A stretch of DNA of 63,142 bases, counting the filler, from an uncultured bacterium (GTDB lineage: Bacteria; CAYJRR01), in the NCBI GenBank assembly GCA_964372275.1. It is 5 parts of 5 records of this genome, joined end to end, with 100 filler letters (N's around TTAATTAATTAA, not from the genome) between each part and the next. Parts side by side here need not be neighbours in the genome. Positions count along the whole stretch, not along the records: positions 38,584 to 50,906 come from CAYJRR010000132.1; positions 51,007 to 63,142 come from CAYJRR010000133.1; 3 more parts are not named here. One strand, 5' to 3'. Under the pieces are notes generated by a model. It searched no databases and was not told where the DNA came from. It was given only the letters and a program-made list of their open reading frames with translations. The translations under genes were made by a program, and so were the position numbers. Positions 44,051 through 54,123 of the stretch are shown piece by piece (position 1 is the first letter of the stretch; the number at the start of each line of letters is the position of its first letter).

Positions 44051-45778
44051 CTACCGGTAGGTCTCGACCACCTTCCGGCGGCCGACGTTGATCTGGCTGA
44101 CGCTATCGCCGGCGACGTTCGAGACGAGGGCGTATTCGTGCTCCTCGCCGTCGTCGGAGGTGCGCGTGAAGAAGACGGCGCGTTCCGGGACCGAGCCGAC
44201 CGACAGCGGCCGCACACCGTCGGTGACGCTGACGAAGTAGGTGTCGCCGTCGTCGGTGGGAAGGTCGGGCGATCCGTCGATGCGCATCGTCAGCTCGCCG
44301 CCGTCGGTCGTGTAGGGCGTCCCCTCCACCAGCACGCCGACCTGCTTCCCGGAGAGGGAACCGGTCACCTCCCAGGCGTCGAGCGCGCCGTTGAAGACGA
44401 GGGTCCAGGTCTCGTCGAGCACGCGCCCGCCGCAGGGGCTCGCCTCGAAGGCGTCCTCGACGAAGGTCGGGGCGGAGGGAAGGGCCGAATCGCGGAACCG
44501 GCTGCCCGTCAGGCGCGGTCCCCGTGAATCGACGTAGTCGACACAGCCGGTCGCTCCGTTCAGGAAGAGGATCCCGCCGCCGTGCGTGCTGACCAGGACC
44601 GGGTAGGCCGGAACGCCGCTTCCCTTCATCACGTGCGGCCGGCGCGCCCCCGCGATCGCGCGCACCGACAAGGGCATCCGCACCGGATCGACGCCGGGCA
44701 ACGACCCGACGGCGTCGATCGCCCCCCACGGCGACGCGAGATGGACGAAGACGTCCTCCGCGTCGGCGGCGAGCAGATGGACGCGCGTCCCGTCGCCGCT
44801 CACCGCGACGTCGCGCATCGGCACCGGCACGTCGAGCGAGTCGACGGTCCAGGCCTCGGGCGCGCCGGCGATCGAGAGCCGATGGATCGTCGGGCTGCCC
44901 ATGTCGGCGACGTAGAGCGCCGTCCCGTCGGGCGAAAGCTCCATCCCCGCCGGGATCGTGCCGTTCGGCAGGAGGTAGGTGACGAGCGTCTCGCCGGTCG
45001 CGAGGTCGAACGCGACCAGCCGCGCCGGCTTGGGCGGCGCGGTGTTCTCGGTGGAGACGATCCCGATCTCGGACGTTACGGCGACGACGTTCACCGCCCG
45101 ACCGTTGACGACGGTGTTCGCGACCTCGACGCCGTTGTCGGTCACGAACGTGAACGTGTCCCCTTCGGTCGGCGGTCCGTCTCCGGCCTGCCGGATGAGA
45201 AAGGAGACCTCGTCCTTGTCCGACCGGTAGCGATCTCCGGTCTTTGCCAGACGCTTCTGGATCCCCGTTCCCGATCCGTGGACCTCCCAGCGAGCGATCG
45301 TCTCCCGGTAGGCGACGGTCCAGGTCTGCGTCGGCGTTTCGCCCGCGTCGACGTCGATGCCGGTCAGCGCCACGTCCGATGTGGGGCCCACGTCCTGGAA
45401 CTCGGGACTCTCCGCGACCGGATCGAGCGCGCGGCCGGTGTCGATCCGGACCAGCTGGCCGAGGTCGACGTCGATCCCCCACAACGCGTCGACCGTTCCG
45501 GTGTCGTCGTCGACGTGCGCCGCCAGCGTGCCGAGGGTACGACCCACCGGAAAACGAGGACTGTCGAGCTCCCGGCGGTCGAGGTCGATGCGCCGGATCG
45601 AGAACGATCCCGGATCGGCGACGAATCCGTAGAGGTGCGGCGGCGACGCGTCGCCGGAGGGGCCGACGGCGATGCCGGCCGGCGCATGGAAGTGGCGCGG
45701 GGCCGGCTTCTCGGAGGCGCACCCGGCCGTGCCCGCGAGGAGAAGCAGCGCCGCCGCCGATCGGACGTGGGTTTTCAA
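44051..45778 (-). CDS. lipoprotein, YncE-like beta-propeller with two inserted ~65-aa modules
   Basis: lipobox TAGC; P.G.ELSPDG..LYVAD blades; duplicated TWT..WEV.GS..G..Y..GDT module; start codon uncertain. Confidence 0.7.
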   Translation of the reverse strand: MKTHVRSAAALLLLAGTAGCASEKPAPRHFHAPAGIAVGPSGDASPPHLYGFVADPGSFSIRRIDLDRRELDSPRFPVGRTLGTLAAHVDDDTGTVDALWGIDVDLGQLVRIDTGRALDPVAESPEFQDVGPTSDVALTGIDVDAGETPTQTWTVAYRETIARWEVHGSGTGIQKRLAKTGDRYRSDKDEVSFLIRQAGDGPPTEGDTFTFVTDNGVEVANTVVNGRAVNVVAVTSEIGIVSTENTAPPKPARLVAFDLATGETLVTYLLPNGTIPAGMELSPDGTALYVADMGSPTIHRLSIAGAPEAWTVDSLDVPVPMRDVAVSGDGTRVHLLAADAEDVFVHLASPWGAIDAVGSLPGVDPVRMPLSVRAIAGARRPHVMKGSGVPAYPVLVSTHGGGILFLNGATGCVDYVDSRGPRLTGSRFRDSALPSAPTFVEDAFEASPCGGRVLDETWTLVFNGALDAWEVTGSLSGKQVGVLVEGTPYTTDGGELTMRIDGSPDLPTDDGDTYFVSVTDGVRPLSVGSVPERAVFFTRTSDDGEEHEYALVSNVAGDSVSQINVGRRKVVETYR

Positions 45779-45830
45779 AACGGCCCCGGGTTCTAACAGC
45801 CGGGTCGCGCAAATACAAGGTAGGGGCCGG

Positions 45831-48800
45831 TCATGGCGCGGCGAGCGCGGCGTTGGTCGCGGCGACACCGTTCGCGAAGACGGGCGGCGACGCGCGCCCG
45901 GAACGGACCCGCTTCGCCGGAAGGGACTTCATCGGCACGTGGAATCCGAACAACAGCGTCAGCCGCCGGTGCGGCCCGACGCGCTGGTAGCCGACGAGAT
46001 CCCCGAGCACGCTCCAGGAGTGGCGTCCGCGTCCCAGCTCCTCGTTCCAGAAGGGGGCGATCCCGTGGACGCGGGTCCCGTCGGCGCGACGCACCCGGTA
46101 GAACGGCGGGACGACCACGATCTCCTTCGCCGGCGTCCGGTAGCGGACGTAGCCCGGCACGAGCAGTTCGACGGTGCGCCGCTCCCGGCCCTCGCCGTCC
46201 TTGCGTTGGAACCGGAAGTAGGGCGGGAAGACCCGCGTCCCGGTCTCGCCGTTCCAGTATCCGAACCCGACGAAGCCGCGGGTGTGGCCGTCCCGCTTCA
46301 TCCAGATCAGGAACGGGAGCGACGCGAAGGAGCTGCCGGCCTCGTCGCGGTGGTAGCGGAAGACGGGGAACAGCGCCACCGTCCGCCGCCCGCCCAGCTT
46401 CACGTCGACCAGCGGTCCGTAGAGCGCGAGGTGGTCGTCTCCGCGTCGCTCGGCGTAGGTGAACAGGAGCGGCACCGCCGTCCAGGAGAGCTCCTTCGAG
46501 CGGCGCCAGAAGGCGAAGGGGAGGATGCCGCCGCGGGTGAGCCCGCGCTCGCGGTGGCTCCAGGCCAGGGGAAAGGCGACCCAGGTGCTGCGCTCCTCGC
46601 TCGCCCGCCGGTAGAACAACGGCAGGAGGGTGGTGCGCTCGCCGCGCTCGCGGTCGACGGCGTCGAAGAACAGCGGGGAGGCGACGACCCGGCGCCGCGG
46701 CGAGGCGTCGACGAAGGCGAGCGGGATCACCGCGGTGCGCGACCGATCCCCGGCGCGCGCGTGGATCGCGTTCAGCACCCACCACCACGACGTGTCGAGC
46801 GCCGGATCGGAGCCTCCTCCCCCCGCCAGCGTCAGCAGGCGCCAGCGGTCGCCGCTCCGGGCGTGGTGAAACAGCGGGAGCAGCGTCGTGGACGAGCCGG
46901 CCTCATCGCGGGTCCGGAAAAAGATCGGTGCCAGGGCGGTCGACGACCTCGAGCGGCCGTGCGCGTGGAACAGGAACGGGAAGAGGACGGCGTCGGCGGC
47001 GCGCGGTGCGACGCGCAGGTAGAGCGGACCGACCCACGCCGCGCGAGAGACGACCTCCCCGCCGCGCCGCCGGCTGGCGTAGGCCATCCCCGGCAGGATC
47101 GTCGTCGACCGGCGGGTGTCGTGCCGGTGGAAGAGAAGCGGCGTGAGGAGGACCGACCGATCTCGGTGCCGGCGATGGTAGAGGACCGGGATCAGCGCGC
47201 GAACGTGGTCGTCGGTCTCGAAGTTCCGGTCCCACACGAACGGACCGACGAAGCCGAAGGTCGTCCTCGGGGTGCGACTCCACAGGCTCAACAGCGGCGC
47301 GACGAAGGTGGCCCGGTCGTCGTCGTCGCGGAAGTGGAGGATCCCGGGAAGGGAGACGAAGAAGGTCGAGCGGGGTACCCGCGAGTAGTAGAAGAGCGGG
47401 ATCGTCCCGACGCGAAGCGTCCGGTCGGTGCGCCGGGTGAAGAACGGCGGCACCACGACCGTCTGGCGCCCGTGGTCGTAGTGGTACCAGAAGAGCGGGA
47501 AGAGCACCGAGACGCGGCGGTGGGGCCCCGACTCGCGGTAGACGAGCGGCGCCAGCAGGCGGAACGTGCGGTCGCGGTCGTTCCTGGAATAGCCGCCGAT
47601 CGGCGTGAACAGCGTGCGCGACCGTTCCACCCGGTCGACGCGGTAGAGGAAGAGCGGGAAGACGACCGACTGCGCCGCGCCCGGATAGGCGGTGTGGAAC
47701 CAGAGCGGGAAGATCCCCTCGGCGAAGTACGCCCCCTGACGCGTACGGTAGTACGGACCGGCGACCACCGTCTGCGCGTCGGGGCTGCGCAGCCGCCAGA
47801 ACAGCGGGAAGACGACGTCGGCGGCGTTCTCCGGATCGCGATGCCGGTAGAAAGGACCCCAGAGAGAGGTGCTCCGGTCCCGTTCGCGGGCAAAGCCGCC
47901 GATCGGCGTCACGAGCCGGCGGCCGCCGCCGTGGCGGTCCCAATGAAACAGCGGGAAGAGGGTGAGGTTGCGGTATCCAGGCGCGCGGTGGTCCCACCAC
48001 AGCCACGCCGCCATCACCCGGCGATCGCCGCCCGGTCGGCGGATCTGCGCGTAGACCGGCGAGAGGAGGTCGAGCGTGCCCGGCCCCTCGCGGAACCAGA
48101 AGAGAGGCAGGAGCGTGGCGAACCGCCGGCGCTTCCCGTCGTCGCCGATCCGGTTCCGGTAGAAGTAGAGCGGGACGAGCCCCGCGTAGCTCGCCCCGTC
48201 GTCGCTCGTCCAACGGTAGAACGGCAGCGCGCCGTAGCCCCGCCCGCGACCGCGCGCTTCGTGGCGCCAGATCCCGGGGATCAGGAACCAGGTACGGCCC
48301 GCGGCGGTGGAGACGTGGTAGAGCGGACCGAACAGGCCACGGAGGTCGCCGTCCGCCTCGCGGTGGAAGACGACCCCCGGCGAGACGAACCGCACGTCGC
48401 GGCCCTCCCGGCGGTGGTAGAAGAGCGGGATCAGGGCGCGCGATCGCACGCCGTCGGCGAAGCGCTCGAACCACGGCCCCGCCAGCACCGTCGCCCGCCC
48501 CGGCGCCGTGGCGTAACCGCCGAGGGGGGTGACCAGGAACGCCCGCTTCTCGTCGCGACGCTCGAAGACCGAGAGCGGGGTGACGGTGGTGCTCCCGCCC
48601 CCCGGCGACGTCCGCCGATAGAAGAGAGGCGGAAGGCCGTAGGCGTGTTTCGTCCCCGCCCGGGTCTGGCGCGCGGTGTGGAAGATCGGACCGAGCGCCC
48701 AGGTGGAGCGGCCGGGTCGGCCGACGTGCCAGAACAACGGGAAGAGCACGTGCGCGTCGAGTTGGGCCGTCGCCGACCGCGCGTGACGCCAGTAGTAGAG

Positions 48801-49505
48801 ACCGACGACCCCCTGCCAATCGTCCTGCGTCCCCCAGCCCCCGCCGATCGGCGTGGCGAGCACGCGTCGGCCGTCGCGTTCGTCGAAGAAGTAGAACGGC
48901 GCCAGGTAGGAGGTCGTCCCGGTTCCTACCCTTCCGTACCAAAACAGAGGTGGAACGCCGACGCGCCGGATCCCCTCGCTCCGCTCGACGTAGACCGGCG
49001 GCACGTAGGCGGCGTGCCCCTTGGGCGATCGCCACCCGTAGAAGAGCGGCGAGGCGATCGTGCGCGCCTGGGTGGCCTTGTGTTCGCGCAGGTAGTAGAG
49101 CGGGAAGAAGCACTGAAAGCGCCGCTCAGGGTTGTCGGCCTGCCACCAGAGCATCATCAACATGAAGAACGACGACCGGCGGTCGGGGTCGTTCTCGTAC
49201 CAGAAGAGCGGCGGGAGGCGTTTGGGCTCGTCGCGGAAGACCGGCGGCGGCGATTCCGTATCCGTATCGGTAGCCGTATCCGACTCGGATCCGATCCGAT
49301 CCGGTACGAGCCGATCGGGGCCGATCGGGTCCGATCCGATCGGGTTCGGATCCGATACGGATACCGGTCGGCTCGGATTCGGATCGGATACCGATACCGC
49401 TACCGATCGGATCGGATCGGCTTCCGCGGGCGCGAAGGCGGCTTCGGCGCGCGCGGCCGCCGCCGCGAACGCGATCGCAAACGCGATCGAGAGCCCCCTA
49501 CGCAT
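45831..49505 (-). CDS. large exported protein of ~60 aromatic Pro-centred repeats (xFPLFW-type)
   Basis: signal peptide MRRGLSIAFAIAFAAAAARAEA; regular 15-20 aa repeats; TGATG coupling to upstream gene. Confidence 0.8.
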   Translation of the reverse strand: MRRGLSIAFAIAFAAAAARAEAAFAPAEADPIRSVAVSVSDPNPSRPVSVSDPNPIGSDPIGPDRLVPDRIGSESDTATDTDTESPPPVFRDEPKRLPPLFWYENDPDRRSSFFMLMMLWWQADNPERRFQCFFPLYYLREHKATQARTIASPLFYGWRSPKGHAAYVPPVYVERSEGIRRVGVPPLFWYGRVGTGTTSYLAPFYFFDERDGRRVLATPIGGGWGTQDDWQGVVGLYYWRHARSATAQLDAHVLFPLFWHVGRPGRSTWALGPIFHTARQTRAGTKHAYGLPPLFYRRTSPGGGSTTVTPLSVFERRDEKRAFLVTPLGGYATAPGRATVLAGPWFERFADGVRSRALIPLFYHRREGRDVRFVSPGVVFHREADGDLRGLFGPLYHVSTAAGRTWFLIPGIWRHEARGRGRGYGALPFYRWTSDDGASYAGLVPLYFYRNRIGDDGKRRRFATLLPLFWFREGPGTLDLLSPVYAQIRRPGGDRRVMAAWLWWDHRAPGYRNLTLFPLFHWDRHGGGRRLVTPIGGFARERDRSTSLWGPFYRHRDPENAADVVFPLFWRLRSPDAQTVVAGPYYRTRQGAYFAEGIFPLWFHTAYPGAAQSVVFPLFLYRVDRVERSRTLFTPIGGYSRNDRDRTFRLLAPLVYRESGPHRRVSVLFPLFWYHYDHGRQTVVVPPFFTRRTDRTLRVGTIPLFYYSRVPRSTFFVSLPGILHFRDDDDRATFVAPLLSLWSRTPRTTFGFVGPFVWDRNFETDDHVRALIPVLYHRRHRDRSVLLTPLLFHRHDTRRSTTILPGMAYASRRRGGEVVSRAAWVGPLYLRVAPRAADAVLFPFLFHAHGRSRSSTALAPIFFRTRDEAGSSTTLLPLFHHARSGDRWRLLTLAGGGGSDPALDTSWWWVLNAIHARAGDRSRTAVIPLAFVDASPRRRVVASPLFFDAVDRERGERTTLLPLFYRRASEERSTWVAFPLAWSHRERGLTRGGILPFAFWRRSKELSWTAVPLLFTYAERRGDDHLALYGPLVDVKLGGRRTVALFPVFRYHRDEAGSSFASLPFLIWMKRDGHTRGFVGFGYWNGETGTRVFPPYFRFQRKDGEGRERRTVELLVPGYVRYRTPAKEIVVVPPFYRVRRADGTRVHGIAPFWNEELGRGRHSWSVLGDLVGYQRVGPHRRLTLLFGFHVPMKSLPAKRVRSGRASPPVFANGVAATNAALAAP
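49253..49420. repeat. nested inverted and tandem ATCCG/CGGAT-type short repeats inside the CDS
   Basis: 49266-49280 vs reverse complement of 49393-49407 (14/15); CCGATCCGATCC 49291-49302 vs GGATCGGATCGG 49409-49420. Confidence 0.7.
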
Positions 49506-50044
49506 CAGGGGGTCATCTTCCATTCGCCGTTTTCGAGCACGAAGGTGATCTCTCCTTGCTGCGACTCGCCGTCCTTCTCCTGCTCGACGGTGAGGACCGC
49601 CTTGTTCTTGTCGATCTTCCGCTCCTTGACGGTGAACTTCGTCTTCGACACGTCGGCCAGGAGCTTGCTCTTGGCGCGGAAGTCCATCCCCTCCATGTCG
49701 GCGGCGGCCATCCCCTGGTAGAGGAGCGCGTAGGCTTCGAGCATCCCCTTCTCGTCGCCGCTGGTGGCCGCCTGCCGCCAGGCTTCGAGCGTCTTCTCCG
49801 GGGTGGAGTAGATCGCTCGCGGCGCCGGCGCCTCGAACGCGATCGAGCGGATCCGGCCCTTCGGCAGGACGATCTCCTGGTCCGCGGTCTTGACGGTGAA
49901 CTCGCCTCGATAGGCGTGCACCACCTCGCCGGCGAGCTTGCTGCCGTCGATCAAGGTGATCGTCTCGGCGGCGGCATCGCTCCAGGGAGCGAAGGCGGGG
50001 AGCAACGGTACGGCGGCCAACAGGACGACGATCGATCGCGCCAT
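49505..50044 (-). CDS. exported protein: small beta domain plus NTF2-like (DUF4878-like) domain
   Basis: signal peptide; ITLIDGSKLAGEV..I.SI.F; TPEKTL..W..A..GD; FVLENGEWKM. Confidence 0.7.
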   Translation of the reverse strand: MARSIVVLLAAVPLLPAFAPWSDAAAETITLIDGSKLAGEVVHAYRGEFTVKTADQEIVLPKGRIRSIAFEAPAPRAIYSTPEKTLEAWRQAATSGDEKGMLEAYALLYQGMAAADMEGMDFRAKSKLLADVSKTKFTVKERKIDKNKAVLTVEQEKDGESQQGEITFVLENGEWKMTP

Positions 50045-50126
50045 GGCGGACCCTTCGACGAAGGCGGGCCGGCGGCTATTCGACGGCCCCGTCCCGATCT
50101 CATACCATCGACCGGAAAGGGATTTC

Positions 50127-50906
50127 ATGCCCCTCGACGAAGCCGAACAGGCGATGGCCCGGTCGATCCGCGCCGGGGAACGGGAGGCGCTCGCGCTCCT
50201 CGAGCGGATCGTCCGCGTCAACAGCGGAAGCTCGAACCTGGAAGGGATCGAAGCGGTGGGGGATCTCATCGCTCCGGGGTTCGTGGCGCTCGGCTTCCAG
50301 ACGCGGTGGTTCCGACCTCCGGCCGGCCACGGCCGGCCGACCGCCGCGCGCACGTTGATCGCGCGGCGCCCGGCGACCCGCCCGGGGGCCAAGGCGATCT
50401 TCCTCACCGCGCACCTCGACACCGTCTTCGAGCCGTCCGACCGGTTCGACGGGTTCACGCGCGACGGCTCCAAAGCCGTGGGGCCGGGGGTGGTCGACTG
50501 CAAGGGGGGCGTGGTGCTGATGCTCTCCGCGCTGGCGGCGCTGGTCGCCGACGGCAGCGCCGACGGGATCGAGTTGCGCGTGGCGCTGGGCGGCGACGAG
50601 GAGACCGGCTCCTACGAGTCGCGCGAGGCGATCGAGGCGGAGGCGGCCGGCTGCGGCGCCGCGCTGGTGTTCGAAGGGGGCCGGCCGAACGGCGATCTCG
50701 TCTCGTATCGCGCCGGCAACGGCGGCTACTCGTTGCGTGCCGTCGGACGCGCCGCGCACGCCGGGAACGCCCACTCGGACGGCGTGAACGCGATCGAGGC
50801 GCTGTCGCACGCGGTGATCGCCGCGCAGGCGCTCACCGACTACGCGCGCGGCGTGACGGTGAACGTCGGAACGATCCGCGGCGGGACCAAGCGGAACATC
50901 GTCCCC
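50127..50906 (+). CDS. M20 family metallopeptidase, N-terminal part (3' partial; continues at 1-519)
   Basis: AHLDTVF, GPGVVDCKGG, DEETGS, GRAAHAG. Confidence 0.92.
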
Positions 50907-51006
50907 NNNNNNNNNNNNNNNNNNNNNNNNNNNNNNNNNNNNNNNNNNNNTTAATTAATTAANNNNNNNNNNNNNNNNNNNNNNNNNNNNNNNNNNNNNN
51001 NNNNNN
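50907..51006. other. artificial contig spacer
   Basis: N run with TTAATTAATTAA core. Confidence 0.98.
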
Positions 51007-51124
51007 CCAACGCCGCCTCGAGCTGCCCCTCCACCCGACTCGCCTGCCCCCCCACCGTCCGCCCAAGCCCGTCGAACCACTCCTCGACGTCGATGGTGAG
51101 GGTGATCGTCGGAGGTCGGCTCAC
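51007..51124 (-). CDS. polysaccharide deacetylase family protein, N-terminal fragment (not in ORF track)
   Basis: hand translation VSRPPTITLTIDVEEWFDGLG..SRVEGQ; TxDVE(D/E)W motif of EPS-locus deacetylases. Confidence 0.65.
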
Positions 51125-51137
51125 GGCACCGTCTCGC

Positions 51138-52442
51138 TCACGCCCGTCCGCGCGCCCGCGCCGGCTGCATCGCCATCTCGTCGTCCGCGCCCGCGGATCG
51201 TCGCGAGAGCCCGACGGCCGCCAACGCGAAGAACATCGGCAGGACCTGCGCCCGGTGCCGATACGCCGTCCCGACGTTTCCGGACACCAGCGCGTAGGAG
51301 ATCGTCATCGCCACCGCCATTCCGAGCACCAGCCACGCCTCCGATTTCGAACGGCGAAGCGCGGCCGGCATCCCCCGGAAGACCCAGAAGCTCAGACCGT
51401 ACCAAGCGATCGTTTCGGGGATGGTGAGCATCTGCAACGTCCCCTCGATCTGCCACGGAAACGGCGCGAACAGGAAGTAGGCGATACCCAGCGGCAGGAA
51501 TCGAAGCGCATTCCCGACTGACGAAATGTCGACGTCCTGCAAATATCCGGAGTTGGCGCCGAGCGCGAAGCCGGCACGCAGCGTATTGAGGTCCTGAAAG
51601 GTAATCCCTTGAAGCGCCTCCTGGGAGAATCCGGCCAACTGCAGGCCGACCAGCAGGACGATCGAGACCACGAGCCCGGTGACGAAGTTGCGGCCGAAGT
51701 TGGCGCCCGGCGCGAGGATCGACGGTCCGATCGCCGCGATGGTGACGAACAGGAGCAGGTAGGGGCGCAACAGCCCCATCACCACCAGCCATGCGCTGAT
51801 CCACAGCACCTTCCGCAGCGAGAATCGCGTTCGGATCTCGAGGACGCCCAACACGAATCCCGTGACCGCGAGAATCAAGAACGAGTCCCGGATGTTCAGC
51901 GAGCTCCACAGGACGAGCGACGGAAAGAAGGCGAGCAGATAGGCCGCCCACCGCGCGGCAACCGCGTCGCCGAGCCGTAGCGCGATCCGCGCGCCCAGCG
52001 ACACGTTCCAGGCGCCGGCCAGACTCGTCAGCACGATCATCCCGAGCGACGGGTTTCCGAGCAGGAAGGCCGACACGCCGTTCAGCAGGAGGAACGCCGA
52101 GCGCCCCGGCGTCATGTGGTTCTCCATCACCTCCGGCGGAAGCCGACCCGACCAGATCGCCGCGAGCGTCTCGCCGCACCACGCGTAGTAACCGCTGTCC
52201 GGCGCCATCACCGCCGAGTAGCCGCCGTACAGCAGGATCAGTCCGAGGACCAGGCGCAGGAAGAATGCCGATCGCGCGATGCGCGAGATCTCCGGACCGA
52301 TCTCCGTCTCCACCGCCGCCACGGAGACGTTTCGCTCGAAAACCGGGCGCGCACCGACCGAGCCGAGGAAGACGAAGACGGCGATGACGCAGAAGGCGGC
52401 CGAGAGCAGCGCGACGACGGCGATGGGGTCGATTCCGCTCAT
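51138..52442 (-). CDS. polytopic membrane protein, probable polysaccharide polymerase/GT-C
   Basis: ~10 TM helices; PDS.YY, PSL..WS..IRD, FLFAPFPW, GNVGTAYRHR. Confidence 0.7.
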   Translation of the reverse strand: MSGIDPIAVVALLSAAFCVIAVFVFLGSVGARPVFERNVSVAAVETEIGPEISRIARSAFFLRLVLGLILLYGGYSAVMAPDSGYYAWCGETLAAIWSGRLPPEVMENHMTPGRSAFLLLNGVSAFLLGNPSLGMIVLTSLAGAWNVSLGARIALRLGDAVAARWAAYLLAFFPSLVLWSSLNIRDSFLILAVTGFVLGVLEIRTRFSLRKVLWISAWLVVMGLLRPYLLLFVTIAAIGPSILAPGANFGRNFVTGLVVSIVLLVGLQLAGFSQEALQGITFQDLNTLRAGFALGANSGYLQDVDISSVGNALRFLPLGIAYFLFAPFPWQIEGTLQMLTIPETIAWYGLSFWVFRGMPAALRRSKSEAWLVLGMAVAMTISYALVSGNVGTAYRHRAQVLPMFFALAAVGLSRRSAGADDEMAMQPARARGRA

Positions 52443-53515
52443 CCGCAGACTTCCCGGAGTATCTCCAGAACGCGGGGCGCGTGCACGGCCGCCGAATAGC
52501 GCTCCTCGACCGTGCGCCGCCCGGCGCGACCGAGCCTCTCCCGGAGACGCACGTCGGTCGCCAGCTCGAGCAGGCGTTCGACCCACTCGTCTTCGGTGGC
52601 GGCGAGCCGGCCGTTCTGGCCATCGCGGATCACCTCCCCGTTCATGCCGACGGGCGAGGCGACCGCCGGTATTCCGAGCGACATGTAGAGCAGGGCCTTG
52701 AGGGCGCACTTGCCTTTGGTCCACTCCTCGTCGGGGAGCGGCATGATCCCGACGTCGAATCGGTTCAGCTCCGGGATCTCCCGCGCGGCGCTCCAGGGAG
52801 CGACGTAGGTCGGAACCCCCTCCAGCTCGAAGGCGTCCGTTCCGATGACGTGCAGAACGACGGGGACCTCGCGCGCCACCCGTCGAAGGGCGCCGTCCAA
52901 CGTGCGGAGATGTGGAACGGTGGTCGCGCTTCCGCTCCAGCCGATCACGACCGGCGTCCGCTCCTCGTACCGATCGCGCGGGCGGTAGAGGTCGGTGTCG
53001 ATCGTGCTCGGCACGACGGTGACGCTCCCGTTGTGACGGCGCGCGTACTCCGCCAGGTAGTCGTTCCCGACCACGACGTGACGACTCATCCGGCAGATCT
53101 CGGCCGTCTTGCCCGCGAACTTCAGCGCCGCCCACCGCGCGTTCGCGGCCGCCGTGTCGGCGAGAAAGATGGCGTCGTCGAACTCGTAGACGATCGGGAC
53201 GCCGAGCCAGGCGATGAAGCGCTCGAGCAGCGCGGGGCCGATCGGCCACGCCGTGCGGTGGAGCCAGATCGCGTCGAACGTCCGCACGCGGCGCAGTTGC
53301 AGCACCCGGCTCGCCATGCACCGGGCCAGCATCCACGCCTTCGCGGCGGTCGATCCCGTGCCGTGGAGCAGCCGCTGCTCCGCTTCGGACATCAACGTGA
53401 CCGGATGGAGCTCCACCCCGGCGGCCGTCAGCCGTGCGCTCCACTGCTCGATTCGGTAGCGCTGGCTGGGACTCGTGTTCCAGGCGTACGGCAGGAGGAG
53501 CAGCACGCGGGGCAT
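52439..53515 (-). CDS. glycosyltransferase family 4
   Basis: PSQRYR, YEFDDA, IGWSGS, GKCALK..YM..GIP.VASPVG. Confidence 0.9.
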   Translation of the reverse strand: MPRVLLLLPYAWNTSPSQRYRIEQWSARLTAAGVELHPVTLMSEAEQRLLHGTGSTAAKAWMLARCMASRVLQLRRVRTFDAIWLHRTAWPIGPALLERFIAWLGVPIVYEFDDAIFLADTAAANARWAALKFAGKTAEICRMSRHVVVGNDYLAEYARRHNGSVTVVPSTIDTDLYRPRDRYEERTPVVIGWSGSATTVPHLRTLDGALRRVAREVPVVLHVIGTDAFELEGVPTYVAPWSAAREIPELNRFDVGIMPLPDEEWTKGKCALKALLYMSLGIPAVASPVGMNGEVIRDGQNGRLAATEDEWVERLLELATDVRLRERLGRAGRRTVEERYSAAVHAPRVLEILREVCG

Positions 53516-53643
53516 CGGGCCCCTAGCCTAGTCCGGAGTCAGCCGTGCCGGCGAGCCTCCGGTGAGGAGACCCTCGGGAAGCCATCGCCGGCGACGGCCC
53601 GGAGGAGCGGACGGCCGCATCGAGATACCGCGGACGGTCCAAC

Positions 53644-54123
53644 CTACTTTTCCGAGGGACCGAGATCCGATTCTTCACTCGAGGGAGACGGTGCTCCGTT
53701 CAGTCCGAGATGATCCTTCACCCGGCGAACGTCGTTCCTCATACCCCCCAGTTCGACGCGCACCTCGGAAAGCTCGGTACGCACCTCCGACAGACCCCCG
53801 CGCAGGTCCGAAACTTCGGCGCGCACCTCCGATAGGCCGCCCCTCAGGTCCGATACTTCCGTGCGAACGCCCGAGAGGCCGCCATGCAGATCCGAAACTT
53901 CGGCACGCAGGTCCGAAAGGCCGGTTTCGACCCTCCGAACGTCGGTTCGAAGGAACGCCACTTCGACTTGCAAGTGGTCGACCTTGCCACTCAATCCGCC
54001 GAGGTCCTGGCGAAACTGACTCATCTCCTGTTTCAGCGCGCCGTGCCCCTCGGCGATCACCTTCACGTTCGACTCGATCCGCTCGAGAATCGGGCCCCAG
54101 TTCTTCTCCTCCGCGTGCGGCAT
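53644..54123 (-). CDS. coiled-coil heptad-repeat hypothetical protein
   Basis: GGLSxVRxEVSDLR repeats; TATCCT -10 6 nt before ATG. Confidence 0.7.
   Translation of the reverse strand: MPHAEEKNWGPILERIESNVKVIAEGHGALKQEMSQFRQDLGGLSGKVDHLQVEVAFLRTDVRRVETGLSDLRAEVSDLHGGLSGVRTEVSDLRGGLSEVRAEVSDLRGGLSEVRTELSEVRVELGGMRNDVRRVKDHLGLNGAPSPSSEESDLGPSEK
53760..53925 (-). repeat. imperfect 21/42-bp tandem repeats encoding heptads
   Basis: recurring CGCACCTCCGA and GTCCGAAACTTCGGC units. Confidence 0.7.

Noticed and set aside
45672-49721. 1349-aa ORF on + strand
   Set aside because: Antisense shadow of the repeat-protein gene; no motifs, typical of high-GC DNA.
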